Origin: Candidatus Thorarchaeota archaeon
GTDB taxonomy: Archaea > Asgardarchaeota > Thorarchaeia > Thorarchaeales > Thorarchaeaceae
Direction: 5' to 3'
Length of the DNA: 64,000 nt
Assembly (NCBI GenBank): GCA_048882325.1
Contig: JBHLRS010000009.1
Span: 40,901-104,900 of the forward strand
The notes under the pieces are model-generated. The model was not told the DNA's origin. It worked only from the letters and a program-made list of their open reading frames with translations, and did not search any database. This document shows positions 10,574-19,887 of the stretch, piece by piece. A program made the position numbers and the translations under genes. Each line of letters opens with the position of its first letter. The first letter of the stretch is position 1.

Positions 10574-10821
10574 CTACATCTTCCTCATCATACTAACTCT
10601 AGACCAAGAGAGATTGTTTTTGGAGTTGAACCATCGTACCTTTGTTGAGCATATGAACACCCCTAAACAAATCATCCAATACTATGCACTCTATAGGAGA
10701 ATAAAAACCCAGAAACAGAATGATGAACTGGTGACGAAACCCTAGAAGAGTGATTTCGGTACCTACCTCTCAAAATCCCTAGGGGGTATAGACAATCAAG
10801 AAATCAGACTGGTTCCCAATA

Positions 10822-12762
10822 ATGTTGCTTGTTCTACTCTTGATATCACTAACTACGTTGACGACTGAACCAATATCTGCAGAGGGCGAGATTGTGGTTG
10901 TTCGAGGAAACACTATCTTAATCACCGTCACACTTCTTCAGAATGGTAGCTTCGGAGAACCAGTACCAGACCAGTGGATACATTTCTTTGACCAGAGCTA
11001 TAACTCGTTCTTAGGTTCTGAAAAGACAGATGCAAACGGTATCGCTTCACTTTCATGGGGCATTCCCATTGATCATGCACTTGGAATGACAACCATCAAT
11101 GCAACATTTTTGGGTAATGAGTCACTGTCACTAGCTCCGTCATATCAATGGAGTGTCTTGACAGTAGTTTCCTCTACAACTATCGAGATTGACCAGGTGC
11201 CTGATTCACTCGCCCCAGGAGATTTCTTATCATTCTTAGTTCACCTGACTGATGACACAGATAGTCCAATTGAGAACGCCTCTGTGAAAGTGTTTAAGGA
11301 TTATACACCTATTGCTGTTGCTAAGACCAACTCATCAGGAGATATTCACTTCAAGATTGATTGCAACAGCACATGGATAACACTAGGAAACAATGACATA
11401 AGAGTTGTATTTGAACAAGATTTGGCAAAGCACCTCAATGGATCTGAGTTTACGTTCATTGTCGATATATCAAAAATACCTACGTTTCTGCTTCCTCATG
11501 GTTGGTATCCAACTAATGTCACTCTTGGTGAATTTGTTGATTTGTATATTGAGCTCTCTGAAACAGCTAATCCCATGCCGAATGAGGCTATCCAAGTCCT
11601 CCTAGATGATTCTCCTCTAGTTCTTGTTACCTCTAACAATTCTGGAATCGCCCGTGCTCTGTTGGATATCGATGAACGATTCACTCTTGGGGTTCATATC
11701 CTGCAATTTTTGTACAATGGTACATCGAGGTACTCTGTATCAAATTACGAATATCCTTTATCTATAACCAGCCCAGCACAGTTGAGCATTGAAGTTCCGG
11801 AATCTGCTTCGATAGGCTCAATCGTCGATCTTGAAATTGCAATTTCGGATTCATTAGGTCGTCCGATTCCTGATTCGCTTATCACACTAGTTGACACTAC
11901 ATCTGATCAGACCTTTACGGTTCCTTCGAGCTCAACTAAAACAGTTATCAATTTTCAATATGTGGTGCAAGGTCCTACCGGCACCCACATTCTCAATGTA
12001 GAAGTGTCAGAGAATCTATTTGTGACGAACGGAAATTGCAGTGCTACCTTTGTTGCATGGTCCAAGCCTGTTATGTTCATTCTCAACGTCAATGTGGATC
12101 ACTATGCCTCTCCCAATCAAGAGATCTTTTTTGAATTACAGATGACTGATTGGAATGGAAATTGTTCCTATAGACCTCTCTATCTTATGTTAGATGGCCA
12201 GGTCTATCTATCAAGAACGACAGGCATAGATGGGAAACTTACTCTTGCTCTTACTGCTCCACTGATTGAAAAGGTGTACAATATATCAATGGTCTATGAG
12301 GGAAATAATACACTCTTTGAAAGTCCAACAAAGCTCGATTATGACCTTCATGTGACTAGTCAAATGCCTGTGCGACTTGAACTCGATTCCTATGAGGTTA
12401 ATGCTGCACGACATGAACTAGATATACGTCTAATATTGAAAGCATTCAATGGCTCTACACTACAAGGAGTGAATGTGAATTTTGTCTGGTTAGATTCACA
12501 CTTCGACTCCCAAACAAGCGATGGGGGATTGGTTATTCTTCATCTTAGAGTTCCTGCAATAAATGGTATCTATGTCTTATACTATGAAATTGAGGACGCA
12601 GCATCAATAGTTCCAACAAATGGAACATACCTGATTGAGATTACGATTTCTGATGTAATGTCACTACAGGGAATTGGTGTTGTTGGTCTAGCAATAGCTC
12701 TTTTTGCTTCAGTTGGAATCTCAGCCGTACCAATCCTAAGACGAAGATATCTTGTAGGATAA
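10822..12762 (+). CDS. Cell-surface protein with Ig-like beta repeats and C-terminal membrane anchor
   Basis: Signal peptide, repeated T(D/N)xxG motifs, many NxS/T sequons, C-terminal TM followed by RRR. Confidence 0.75.
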   Translation: MLLVLLLISLTTLTTEPISAEGEIVVVRGNTILITVTLLQNGSFGEPVPDQWIHFFDQSYNSFLGSEKTDANGIASLSWGIPIDHALGMTTINATFLGNESLSLAPSYQWSVLTVVSSTTIEIDQVPDSLAPGDFLSFLVHLTDDTDSPIENASVKVFKDYTPIAVAKTNSSGDIHFKIDCNSTWITLGNNDIRVVFEQDLAKHLNGSEFTFIVDISKIPTFLLPHGWYPTNVTLGEFVDLYIELSETANPMPNEAIQVLLDDSPLVLVTSNNSGIARALLDIDERFTLGVHILQFLYNGTSRYSVSNYEYPLSITSPAQLSIEVPESASIGSIVDLEIAISDSLGRPIPDSLITLVDTTSDQTFTVPSSSTKTVINFQYVVQGPTGTHILNVEVSENLFVTNGNCSATFVAWSKPVMFILNVNVDHYASPNQEIFFELQMTDWNGNCSYRPLYLMLDGQVYLSRTTGIDGKLTLALTAPLIEKVYNISMVYEGNNTLFESPTKLDYDLHVTSQMPVRLELDSYEVNAARHELDIRLILKAFNGSTLQGVNVNFVWLDSHFDSQTSDGGLVILHLRVPAINGIYVLYYEIEDAASIVPTNGTYLIEITISDVMSLQGIGVVGLAIALFASVGISAVPILRRRYLVG

Positions 12763-12772
12763 AGACAAGAAG

Positions 12773-12881
12773 TGGTGCTCCGGCCGGGATTCGAACCCGG
12801 GTCGGGGGATCGAGAGTCCCCCATGCTGGGCCGGACTACAGTCGGTATCATTGTAAGGAATATACAATGCTCTACCGGAGC
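12773..12881 (-). tRNA. tRNA-Glu(CTC) with a 31-nt intron at position 10/11 (12841-12871)
   Basis: GCTCCGG acceptor stem, GGGGA-CT-CTC-GA-TCCCC anticodon arm, CCA; the insert interrupts the D stem. Confidence 0.88.
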
Positions 12882-12969
12882 CGTGAATGGATTGCCAGTC
12901 CGGAGCGCGAGAAGGCTCGTTTGGAATTATGCAAATAAGCCTTTCCCCGCAACATGAGGACTAAAGAAT

Positions 12970-13179
12970 CTAAGGTGCACTGAATAATTGAGTTAGACTA
13001 CTCCAACTATCCTGTAATAACTGCAGTAATCCTCCCACAACATCTTGTGCCCACCCTGTGGCTTGAAGGATGACCGCAATAACAATAGAAACTGTGACAA
13101 CTGCAAGCCCAAGGAGCAGACTCTCCTCAACTAGCGGTCCTCCCTGTTCATTACGAATTAAACCATCATCCTTTGTCAA
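12970..13179 (-). CDS. Flp/type IV pilin-like small protein
   Basis: RNEQG|GPLVEESLLLGLAVV resembles a class III signal peptide with +5 Glu; TTG start after GGTGG; directly follows a TadA-like ATPase. Confidence 0.65.
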   Translation of the reverse strand: MTKDDGLIRNEQGGPLVEESLLLGLAVVTVSIVIAVILQATGWAQDVVGGLLQLLQDSWSSLTQLFSAP

Positions 13180-13244
13180 AGATATCCACCTTGAACTGAT
13201 GTTTTGCTGGTTCCTTTTAAGGTCCCCAAAAGATCTGGACCACT

Positions 13245-14939
13245 CTATGCTTCTGACTTGATGAATTTCATCGGGTGTCCCTTTGACCACATCTCTTCGC
13301 TTATTGTGTGAAAACTCATGGGATTGCTATTTAGGCGGATGATTTCAGTCAGATTCCTTAGAGCTGGAATATGGCTTTTGACCCCGGACTCTCTTGCATG
13401 GTTTAGAAAAGCTCCATCATCTGCCCAGTCCTCATTAATACCTTCGATGGAATCATAGATTTTATTGAGACCTGAGAATACAACTAATCCGTTTACCACC
13501 CTTCGTCGTATTTCTGAGATTTCGCTCACGATTCGTTTAGACTCCCCTGGTTTCGGTCTTTCTAAAGTAACAATGATATCCAAGAGCGCAATGTTGTCTT
13601 CTTGAATTCTATGGCCGAGTTTCCACCTAGAAATAAGACTGGACGCCGACTCGCTGTGACATGTTTGAATAGTACGAAGACCTGCTATAATAGCCTGAAA
13701 AAGGGCGTTGCTGTGTTCTGCAGTCTGAATCTCTCCTAGAATGAGATAGTCTGGCGACCGATGGAGACATTTGATTATTTCATCACTTTTGTTAAATTTC
13801 GTCAATTGCTCATCCATGGGGTCAACTCTGAAACGTACCTGATGGTGATCTTTCTGTGGTCTGCTTTCAATGGCATCTTCAATGTAGATTTTTCTCCACC
13901 ACTTTGGTGTAGTCATATCCAAGGCATTCAACAAAGTTGTTTTTCCAGTACCTGGACCTCCAGTTATAGTAATGTTGAACCTGCATGAAACAGCGAAGAC
14001 TAGAATTGCTGCAACATCAGATGTCATAGTTTCATTCTCTATCAATTCACTAATAGTAAACGGATTGTTCCTCGCTCGACGAATTTCGAGATGTAGTCCA
14101 TCTGGACTTAATGGTGGCATACTTGCAGAGAAACGAAGTGCGGCATCTTGAATACGTATATCCATTTTGAGAGAGGGGTTGCTTCTATCTAGGTGGAGAT
14201 TGCTTTCAGCGCGAATTAGAGTGATAATTTTTGAAACATCCTGCTTATAAAAAGTGAAATCTGTTATACATCTACCATATCGTTGATGATCAAAATAGAT
14301 TGGTACTCCAGGACTATCAAGGTATATTTCCTCTACCCAATCATCATGGATAAGGGGCATAAGTACGCCAAGGATGTTTCGACGATGAGCGACGATCTCA
14401 GCGAGTCGCATCCGAGTTGCTTCATTCATCTCAGGAATTAAGTCCAAGATGTGAATGGAAATATCCTTGATTGCCTGATTTAATTTCTGTGTTATTCCCA
14501 CCTTCAAAGAGTTAGTTCTGTTTCCAGATTGGAAAGGTTTCTCAATCAAATCTTCAACAAGTGAGTTTTCTAGTGCGGTTCTGACCAATGGAACAGTTGT
14601 GTATCGTGCTTGATTATTTTCTGTCTGATGAAAAACAGATAGATGAGAGCCCACTTTGTAAATTGCTAAGATATCGTCTAACATGTCAACTAGGTGCATG
14701 TTAGAACCAATAAAGACAGTTTCCCAACCCTCAGTTCGCCATGATGGTTCAGGTAATTTCAGACTCTTCAGAGTACAGAAGTGAAACAAACCTCTTCCAG
14801 TTTCAACTATGATAATCTGTGATTTTTCGTTTCCAGATTCCTTGATATGGTTGAGCCTCTGACAACCAAAATCACTCCTCTGAGAACACTTTTCACAACG
14901 TCCAACAGGACATTGGACAACATGGATATCTGAATTCAA
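13245..14939 (-). CDS. Type II/IV secretion ATPase (CpaF/TadA/VirB11 family)
   Basis: ITGGPGTGKTT, IED, LHRSPDYLILGEI and TCH motifs. Confidence 0.9.
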   Translation of the reverse strand: MNSDIHVVQCPVGRCEKCSQRSDFGCQRLNHIKESGNEKSQIIIVETGRGLFHFCTLKSLKLPEPSWRTEGWETVFIGSNMHLVDMLDDILAIYKVGSHLSVFHQTENNQARYTTVPLVRTALENSLVEDLIEKPFQSGNRTNSLKVGITQKLNQAIKDISIHILDLIPEMNEATRMRLAEIVAHRRNILGVLMPLIHDDWVEEIYLDSPGVPIYFDHQRYGRCITDFTFYKQDVSKIITLIRAESNLHLDRSNPSLKMDIRIQDAALRFSASMPPLSPDGLHLEIRRARNNPFTISELIENETMTSDVAAILVFAVSCRFNITITGGPGTGKTTLLNALDMTTPKWWRKIYIEDAIESRPQKDHHQVRFRVDPMDEQLTKFNKSDEIIKCLHRSPDYLILGEIQTAEHSNALFQAIIAGLRTIQTCHSESASSLISRWKLGHRIQEDNIALLDIIVTLERPKPGESKRIVSEISEIRRRVVNGLVVFSGLNKIYDSIEGINEDWADDGAFLNHARESGVKSHIPALRNLTEIIRLNSNPMSFHTISEEMWSKGHPMKFIKSEA

Positions 14940-15008
14940 CTAGTAGAGCACCTCATGATTTCTACATCTTATTCAGACAAATCCTACATAATCTCCTAGA
15001 CATTCAAG

Positions 15009-16046
15009 TCACTGGGCTTGTGATACTTCGATGACCTTTTTCATCATTCCAAAGTGATCTCTGATACTATACTCGGCCACCTCGGTTGCAATTGAAGCAA
15101 GCTTTTGTGTTAGCACGGCTCTCCTTCCATATTGTATCGCAATCAGTCGGTCACTCGCATAGGCAGCTGAAACTGTAAATATGAACGGATTTCTTCCGCC
15201 GCGTTTTGAAGCAGGTATTATTTTGAGAACTTCGAGTATCTTGTTTCTAAGAGCGTTCTCATAGTCCTTTGGTTCCCAACCTCGTGATTGAACCTTACTG
15301 ACTACTCTTGGGTTGTTCATCAACATTGAAAGCACTCTTGGAACATAGTCCTCTGGTTTTCGGATTTCCGGTGAGTAGCCTGTGAGCGACTTGAGCCTGA
15401 GTGCTTCTCGCACAATTGCTCTCACATTGACTCGGTGTCCGCATTTTTCAAACACATCAGCTATTTCATCAAGTGTTATCGGAGCCTCCTCTTTGAACTC
15501 CCTTACAGCCATGAGAAGACACACAGCAATCAACAGTATGTTATTACTGACGTTTCCTGCTGCTTCATTCACCACTTTCTTGTATAGATACGCAGTCCGA
15601 TCGCGAACTTGCTCATTGATCATGAGTAGCTTTGACACATGATTGAGAGTTCTAAGAGCTCTGTATTTTGCCTCATTCTTGCCAATTCTGATTCTGGTGC
15701 TGTATATTGTTTTCAGCCGCTTGAATTTCTTCTGCATTCTTCCTGAGAGTGCCTGTCCTTGTGCATCTTGAAAATACCGATCTTTATGGAAGCCAATGTA
15801 GCTGCCAAGACCGTCCACAATATGCATTCGGTTTCCTAATGATACATACATAGTTGCATCAGGGGAATCGCCAGTGGGTCGTTCGCCCATCTGATATGTA
15901 GGCAAAACGTATTCTCTAGAAAGCACCAAACCGCATTCAGCACATACTATGTGTCCCTGACTAGTGACCAAAAAACCACTACAGTCAGGACAGGATTTTG
16001 AATTCGTTAAACGAGATTCACATGTTCCATCAGTCAAAAACCACAC
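15009..16046 (-). CDS. tfb: Divergent transcription initiation factor TFB paralog
   Basis: Zn ribbon CPDC...CAECGLV, GLGSYIG, two cyclin repeats (KPEDYVPR, GRNP, LTQK). Confidence 0.85.
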   Translation of the reverse strand: MWFLTDGTCESRLTNSKSCPDCSGFLVTSQGHIVCAECGLVLSREYVLPTYQMGERPTGDSPDATMYVSLGNRMHIVDGLGSYIGFHKDRYFQDAQGQALSGRMQKKFKRLKTIYSTRIRIGKNEAKYRALRTLNHVSKLLMINEQVRDRTAYLYKKVVNEAAGNVSNNILLIAVCLLMAVREFKEEAPITLDEIADVFEKCGHRVNVRAIVREALRLKSLTGYSPEIRKPEDYVPRVLSMLMNNPRVVSKVQSRGWEPKDYENALRNKILEVLKIIPASKRGGRNPFIFTVSAAYASDRLIAIQYGRRAVLTQKLASIATEVAEYSIRDHFGMMKKVIEVSQAQ

Positions 16047-16203
16047 CCATTAGAGATGTGCACAATCATTCCTAACTAAGTTTCAGATACCAATTATACA
16101 TTCACAGAGAATAACAATCTGTTCAAGTAGACTTTGACTGATATTGAGCGGTCTTTGTCGGTCTGGTCAGAAAGAGAGGTGACCGAAAGTAATCTTAATG
16201 GGA

Positions 16204-16569
16204 TTACATAAAAGCCAGAAAGAACTTCTCTGAGTTGAAAACGTTACTCTGACTTGGAGTTGGTTTTCCTAGTGTGAAGACTAGTCGCAATCCACCTACG
16301 GATCCAATTACTTCAAGACCATTTTTCTCAGTCTTTTTGAAGACGCCACTCTCTACATAGAGCTTTGCTTGTTCACCTTTTGTAATTGGCTTAGAATCGA
16401 TGATAACAGTGATTGAATCATTAGCATTCAGTGTGTCACAAAGTGCATCCGGAAGCTCGAGTGAGAGTGTTGCTCCATCACTTTTCGAGGAAACCTTCAA
16501 TAACTTCAATCTTCTCGTTTCCGTTTCCTCAACAGAGTCAATGACTGCAGTCTTAAGCCTAATTACCAT
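16204..16569 (-). CDS. RNA polymerase subunit Rpo8/Rpb8 (RpoG)-like OB-fold protein
   Basis: 121 aa, beta-rich; SVGGLRL matches the Rpb8 S(F/Y)GGLL motif. Confidence 0.65.
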   Translation of the reverse strand: MVIRLKTAVIDSVEETETRRLKLLKVSSKSDGATLSLELPDALCDTLNANDSITVIIDSKPITKGEQAKLYVESGVFKKTEKNGLEVIGSVGGLRLVFTLGKPTPSQSNVFNSEKFFLAFM

Positions 16570-16691
16570 AAATGATCCACCTCTATATGCTAGAGTCTAT
16601 TTTTCACGGCATGCCTTTGCGAATTAAACCTACCGTTGAAACCATGTGCCGTTTTTTAGGAAGCATAATGACGATTTTCTGGTGTAGCTAA

Positions 16692-18482
16692 GTGAATCGG
16701 AAAGTGGTAGCACTCGCCCCCCTCTCTTTGCTTCTAGTCACATGTCTTGTTGTTCCAGTTTCAGCATTCTACTTTGACTTTCAGTCCTTCGAAACTGACA
16801 AGTTGGTATATGAAGTTGGAGAAACGATTAACATGGTCGCAAAGTTAATCGCAGATTTCAGTGACGAGGGGTGGTGCAACGTATCATTTGGAGTTGTTAC
16901 AGATCTTGGTCCTTCTTTTGCGGAAGGATACTCTATTCCTCCATCTCCATTGGTCCGTTACCTAAATTCGTCATATACAATTCTTCCAGAGCATACTTCG
17001 CCCACTGAAACAGGTGTACAAGCTTTTGTCATCTTTACTGTTCAGATTTTCGATGTAGGAGAACAAAGTGAGGGTGATAACATCCTAATCACAATTAACA
17101 GAGGACATCTCAATGCTTTTCCACAAATTCCTCTCATTGCGCAGTATGGATTGAATACATCACTCCCATTGAAAATTGCTAGTATTCATAATAGTGATGT
17201 TGTCTACTCTGGCGAGTCTGTTACATTGCATGTGGAGAATTCAACTTCACATACTGTGTTACATACTAATGTAACCACAACTTCCGAAGGAATGGTACAC
17301 CTCAATTGGAGTGACTCGTTTGGTGCTCCTGGTCTGTATAATCTGACTGTTTCCAGCGATGGAAATGAAGACTTTCTACCACTAGCTGATTCATTCGAAC
17401 TAACAGTTCTTCCAGCGCCTTCAAATTTAACCGCAATCTCTACACCCGGCACAGTATATTGTCAAGCACCTGATGGTAGTCATGTTCAACTTGCTGAGAT
17501 TATAGTTGAGCATACGGATGTAGATTCAATCCCTATCAATGATAGTCTAGTACGATGGACTGCAAGCTTTGGATCTGGTTCGTTGGCCAAATTGGGTGCT
17601 GGTCTGTATTCTGGTATGATTCCCTTCAATACAAGTCCAGGGTCTTATACCATCAATATCACATCCACTAATCCTCAATATCAGAGTAGTGGAACTGAAG
17701 TCATTGTGGATGTCCTAGCAAATATATTGCAATTCACTCCAGTACAGTCATCTTGGAATGTGACAAGAGGTGACAATGTGACTGTTGAGTTCCTTCTGGA
17801 ATCAACCCTTGATTGGAATCAATCAATACAACTAGATTTCATAGATGAAAAAACGCAGTTCTCAGTAACATCAAGTGTCCTGCCGGGCATTCCTAAGTTT
17901 CAACAAATCCCAATCTGGCACAACATCTCTGTAGGACAACATATCGTTGATATTTCCTCAACAAGTGAGTACTATGAGTTTACTACTACTCCTCAAATTG
18001 AATTGGTTGCTATTGGGACAATGAATGTTTCAATGTTGATACAAACTGTATACTATAGTGAAACATTAGATTTCAATCTAGATATCGTTGATGATGATAA
18101 TCAACTGGTTTCAAATGCTGAGGTTTCTATTTTCTGTGATGAGGATATCACGTCTTTTGCGACCACCGGTTATGTCAATACGAGTGCAAACCAAACTGTA
18201 GGATTGCCGTTATGGATTCAACTAGGCATACACAATCTTACCTTTATTGTCAACAGTCAATACTATGAGTCGATTATCTATATCGTAACCATCAAAGTCT
18301 GGATGCGGACTAACCTCACCATTGTTATATCAAGTGATTCGAATTCAATTGCTGAAGATACTCAGTTTGACATCACACTAAGTATCTCATCTGGATTAAT
18401 CATGAGTCCTCCACCAATTTTGTGTAATGGAGTTACCTCTACAATACCTTTCACAGCTCGACTCACTTCATTTGACAATTGA
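16692..18482 (+). CDS. Secreted/surface Ig-like repeat protein
   Basis: Signal peptide, TDKLVYEVGETI, PGLYNLTV and PGSYTINI motifs; last 121 bp overlap the convergent gene. Confidence 0.7.
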   Translation: MNRKVVALAPLSLLLVTCLVVPVSAFYFDFQSFETDKLVYEVGETINMVAKLIADFSDEGWCNVSFGVVTDLGPSFAEGYSIPPSPLVRYLNSSYTILPEHTSPTETGVQAFVIFTVQIFDVGEQSEGDNILITINRGHLNAFPQIPLIAQYGLNTSLPLKIASIHNSDVVYSGESVTLHVENSTSHTVLHTNVTTTSEGMVHLNWSDSFGAPGLYNLTVSSDGNEDFLPLADSFELTVLPAPSNLTAISTPGTVYCQAPDGSHVQLAEIIVEHTDVDSIPINDSLVRWTASFGSGSLAKLGAGLYSGMIPFNTSPGSYTINITSTNPQYQSSGTEVIVDVLANILQFTPVQSSWNVTRGDNVTVEFLLESTLDWNQSIQLDFIDEKTQFSVTSSVLPGIPKFQQIPIWHNISVGQHIVDISSTSEYYEFTTTPQIELVAIGTMNVSMLIQTVYYSETLDFNLDIVDDDNQLVSNAEVSIFCDEDITSFATTGYVNTSANQTVGLPLWIQLGIHNLTFIVNSQYYESIIYIVTIKVWMRTNLTIVISSDSNSIAEDTQFDITLSISSGLIMSPPPILCNGVTSTIPFTARLTSFDN

Positions 18483-19489
18483 CCAAGACTGAGTTCAGGG
18501 ACTAACAACTTGTCCACTGATTTTGCGAATTTCCTTATCGCATCATCTGGGAAAGGCCAAAGTGTCTTCAGTCTCATGGACCGGATGGTGGGTTCTGAGG
18601 TCAACTCCATTAGTTCTTCCACTGATCTCGAAGTAGAACCGTATGAAATTATACCCCATGTAGCAATGTCTGGTCCTGTAATTTCATAATCCTCAAGGAT
18701 ATGAGCCGCATTCTGAATCTTTGCAGATAGTCGCCGAATCAATTTGTCATGAACTTCTGGGTCTGCAGTCTTTCTAAGTCCTAGCTCATTATGAGTTGAT
18801 CCAGTAATGAGTAAGTCATGCCCGTCACCAAATCTAGGCATCAATGCATGTCCATCATCATCAGTACTCCCATAAGGTGTTGCTCCCACTGATGCAAACC
18901 GCCTCTTCACTGTAGTGTCACGAGTTACATCAATCACCACCTTTTCCCGGGAATGAGCTACAATTTCATCTGAGAGTAAAATAACTGGATGCCTCAGCCT
19001 TTCAGACAACTCAAAGGCCCTCAAAGTTAGTTCGTAGGTTTCTTGTGCAGAGTTAGGAGCGAGTACAACGCTTTCATGATCTCCATGAGTTCCCCATCGT
19101 GCTTGCATGAAATCTCCTTGAGCAGCTTTTGTTGCCTGCCCTGTGCTTGGACCAGCTCTCTGAACATCAACAATGACACAAGGAGTTTCCGTCATTATTG
19201 CATATCCGATATTCTCTTGCATCAGACTGAATCCTGGACCTGATGTTGCAGTCATAGACAATGCTCCACCCCAAGAACTCCCAATGATTGCAGATATGGC
19301 TGCAATTTCGTCCTCCATCTGAACATATACCCCTCCGATTTTCGGAAGTCTAGCTGACATAATCTCAGCAATCTCAGAAGCAGGAGTAATAGGATATCCA
19401 GCAAAGAATTTACAACCTGCAGCAATTGCAGCTTCAGCGCAGGCTTGATTTCCCTGCCAGAATTCGACTGATTGATTTTTGGCAGACAT
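18362..19489 (-). CDS. korA: 2-oxoacid:ferredoxin oxidoreductase alpha subunit
   Basis: GNQACAEAA, AGYPITPASE, QMEDEIAA, TATSGPGFSLMQE. Confidence 0.9.
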   Translation of the reverse strand: MSAKNQSVEFWQGNQACAEAAIAAGCKFFAGYPITPASEIAEIMSARLPKIGGVYVQMEDEIAAISAIIGSSWGGALSMTATSGPGFSLMQENIGYAIMTETPCVIVDVQRAGPSTGQATKAAQGDFMQARWGTHGDHESVVLAPNSAQETYELTLRAFELSERLRHPVILLSDEIVAHSREKVVIDVTRDTTVKRRFASVGATPYGSTDDDGHALMPRFGDGHDLLITGSTHNELGLRKTADPEVHDKLIRRLSAKIQNAAHILEDYEITGPDIATWGIISYGSTSRSVEELMELTSEPTIRSMRLKTLWPFPDDAIRKFAKSVDKLLVPELSLGQLSNEVSRAVKGIVEVTPLHKIGGGLMINPDEILSVMSN

Positions 19490-19599
19490 AGTTACGACTC
19501 CAATTTGTCGTTGGTCAACATGGTCAAGATAAGCATACTCTTACAGCAGTACTAAATTGCCGATAGTCTTTTATCAAATTTAACTTGGTGAGTCACGAA

Positions 19600-19676
19600 G
19601 CGACCGTGGTCTAGCCTGGTTAGGACGGAAGCCTCCCAAGCTTCCAAGCCGGGTTCAAATCCCGGCGGTCGCACCA
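19600..19676 (+). tRNA. tRNA-Gly(CCC), no intron, CCA encoded
   Basis: Canonical cloverleaf; GAAGC-CT-CCC-AA-GCTTC anticodon arm. Confidence 0.95.
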
Positions 19677-19719
19677 CTGATTTTCGTCAGATTTAAGGGA
19701 GGATAATTAATTATATTCT

Positions 19720-19794
19720 TGGCGAGCGATGATTGCGATGACCCCTATGAGTCAGAATTGACGATGATATGGATCTTGAGTTAGGAGCTCGCCA
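19720..19794 (+). ncRNA. Box C/D-like guide sRNA predicted to target tRNA wobble position 34
   Basis: Terminal stem TGGCGAGC/GCTCGCCA; C ATGATTG, D' ATGA, hairpin GTCA-GAAT-TGAC, C' ATGATAT, D AGGA; 11- and 12-nt guides; TTTAAG about 25 nt upstream. Confidence 0.7.
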
Positions 19795-19887
19795 TTACTT
19801 TCGGTAACCTCCCCTTTTATCATACATTTAATCGTACGCTCCGCAAATGCTTTTAAGGTGCCTCAGCGAAATTGCATTTGGACTGTC

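Noticed and set aside
10574-10821. Recurring CCTAG/CTACA words in the divergent promoter and upstream of tadA
   Set aside because: Too short and variable to separate from chance by eye
6773-12881. Integrated element at tRNA-Glu
   Set aside because: No integrase and no duplicated tRNA end seen; the extra CCGGAGC near 12900 is only 7 bp
18362-18482. Long convergent overlaps (Ig protein/korA 121 bp; truA/rfcL 86 bp)
   Set aside because: Most simply explained as stop-codon drift in a compact genome; no sign of function
19677-19887. Replication origin beside cdc6
   Set aside because: No recognisable ORB; the space is occupied by the C/D-like sRNA and a promoter
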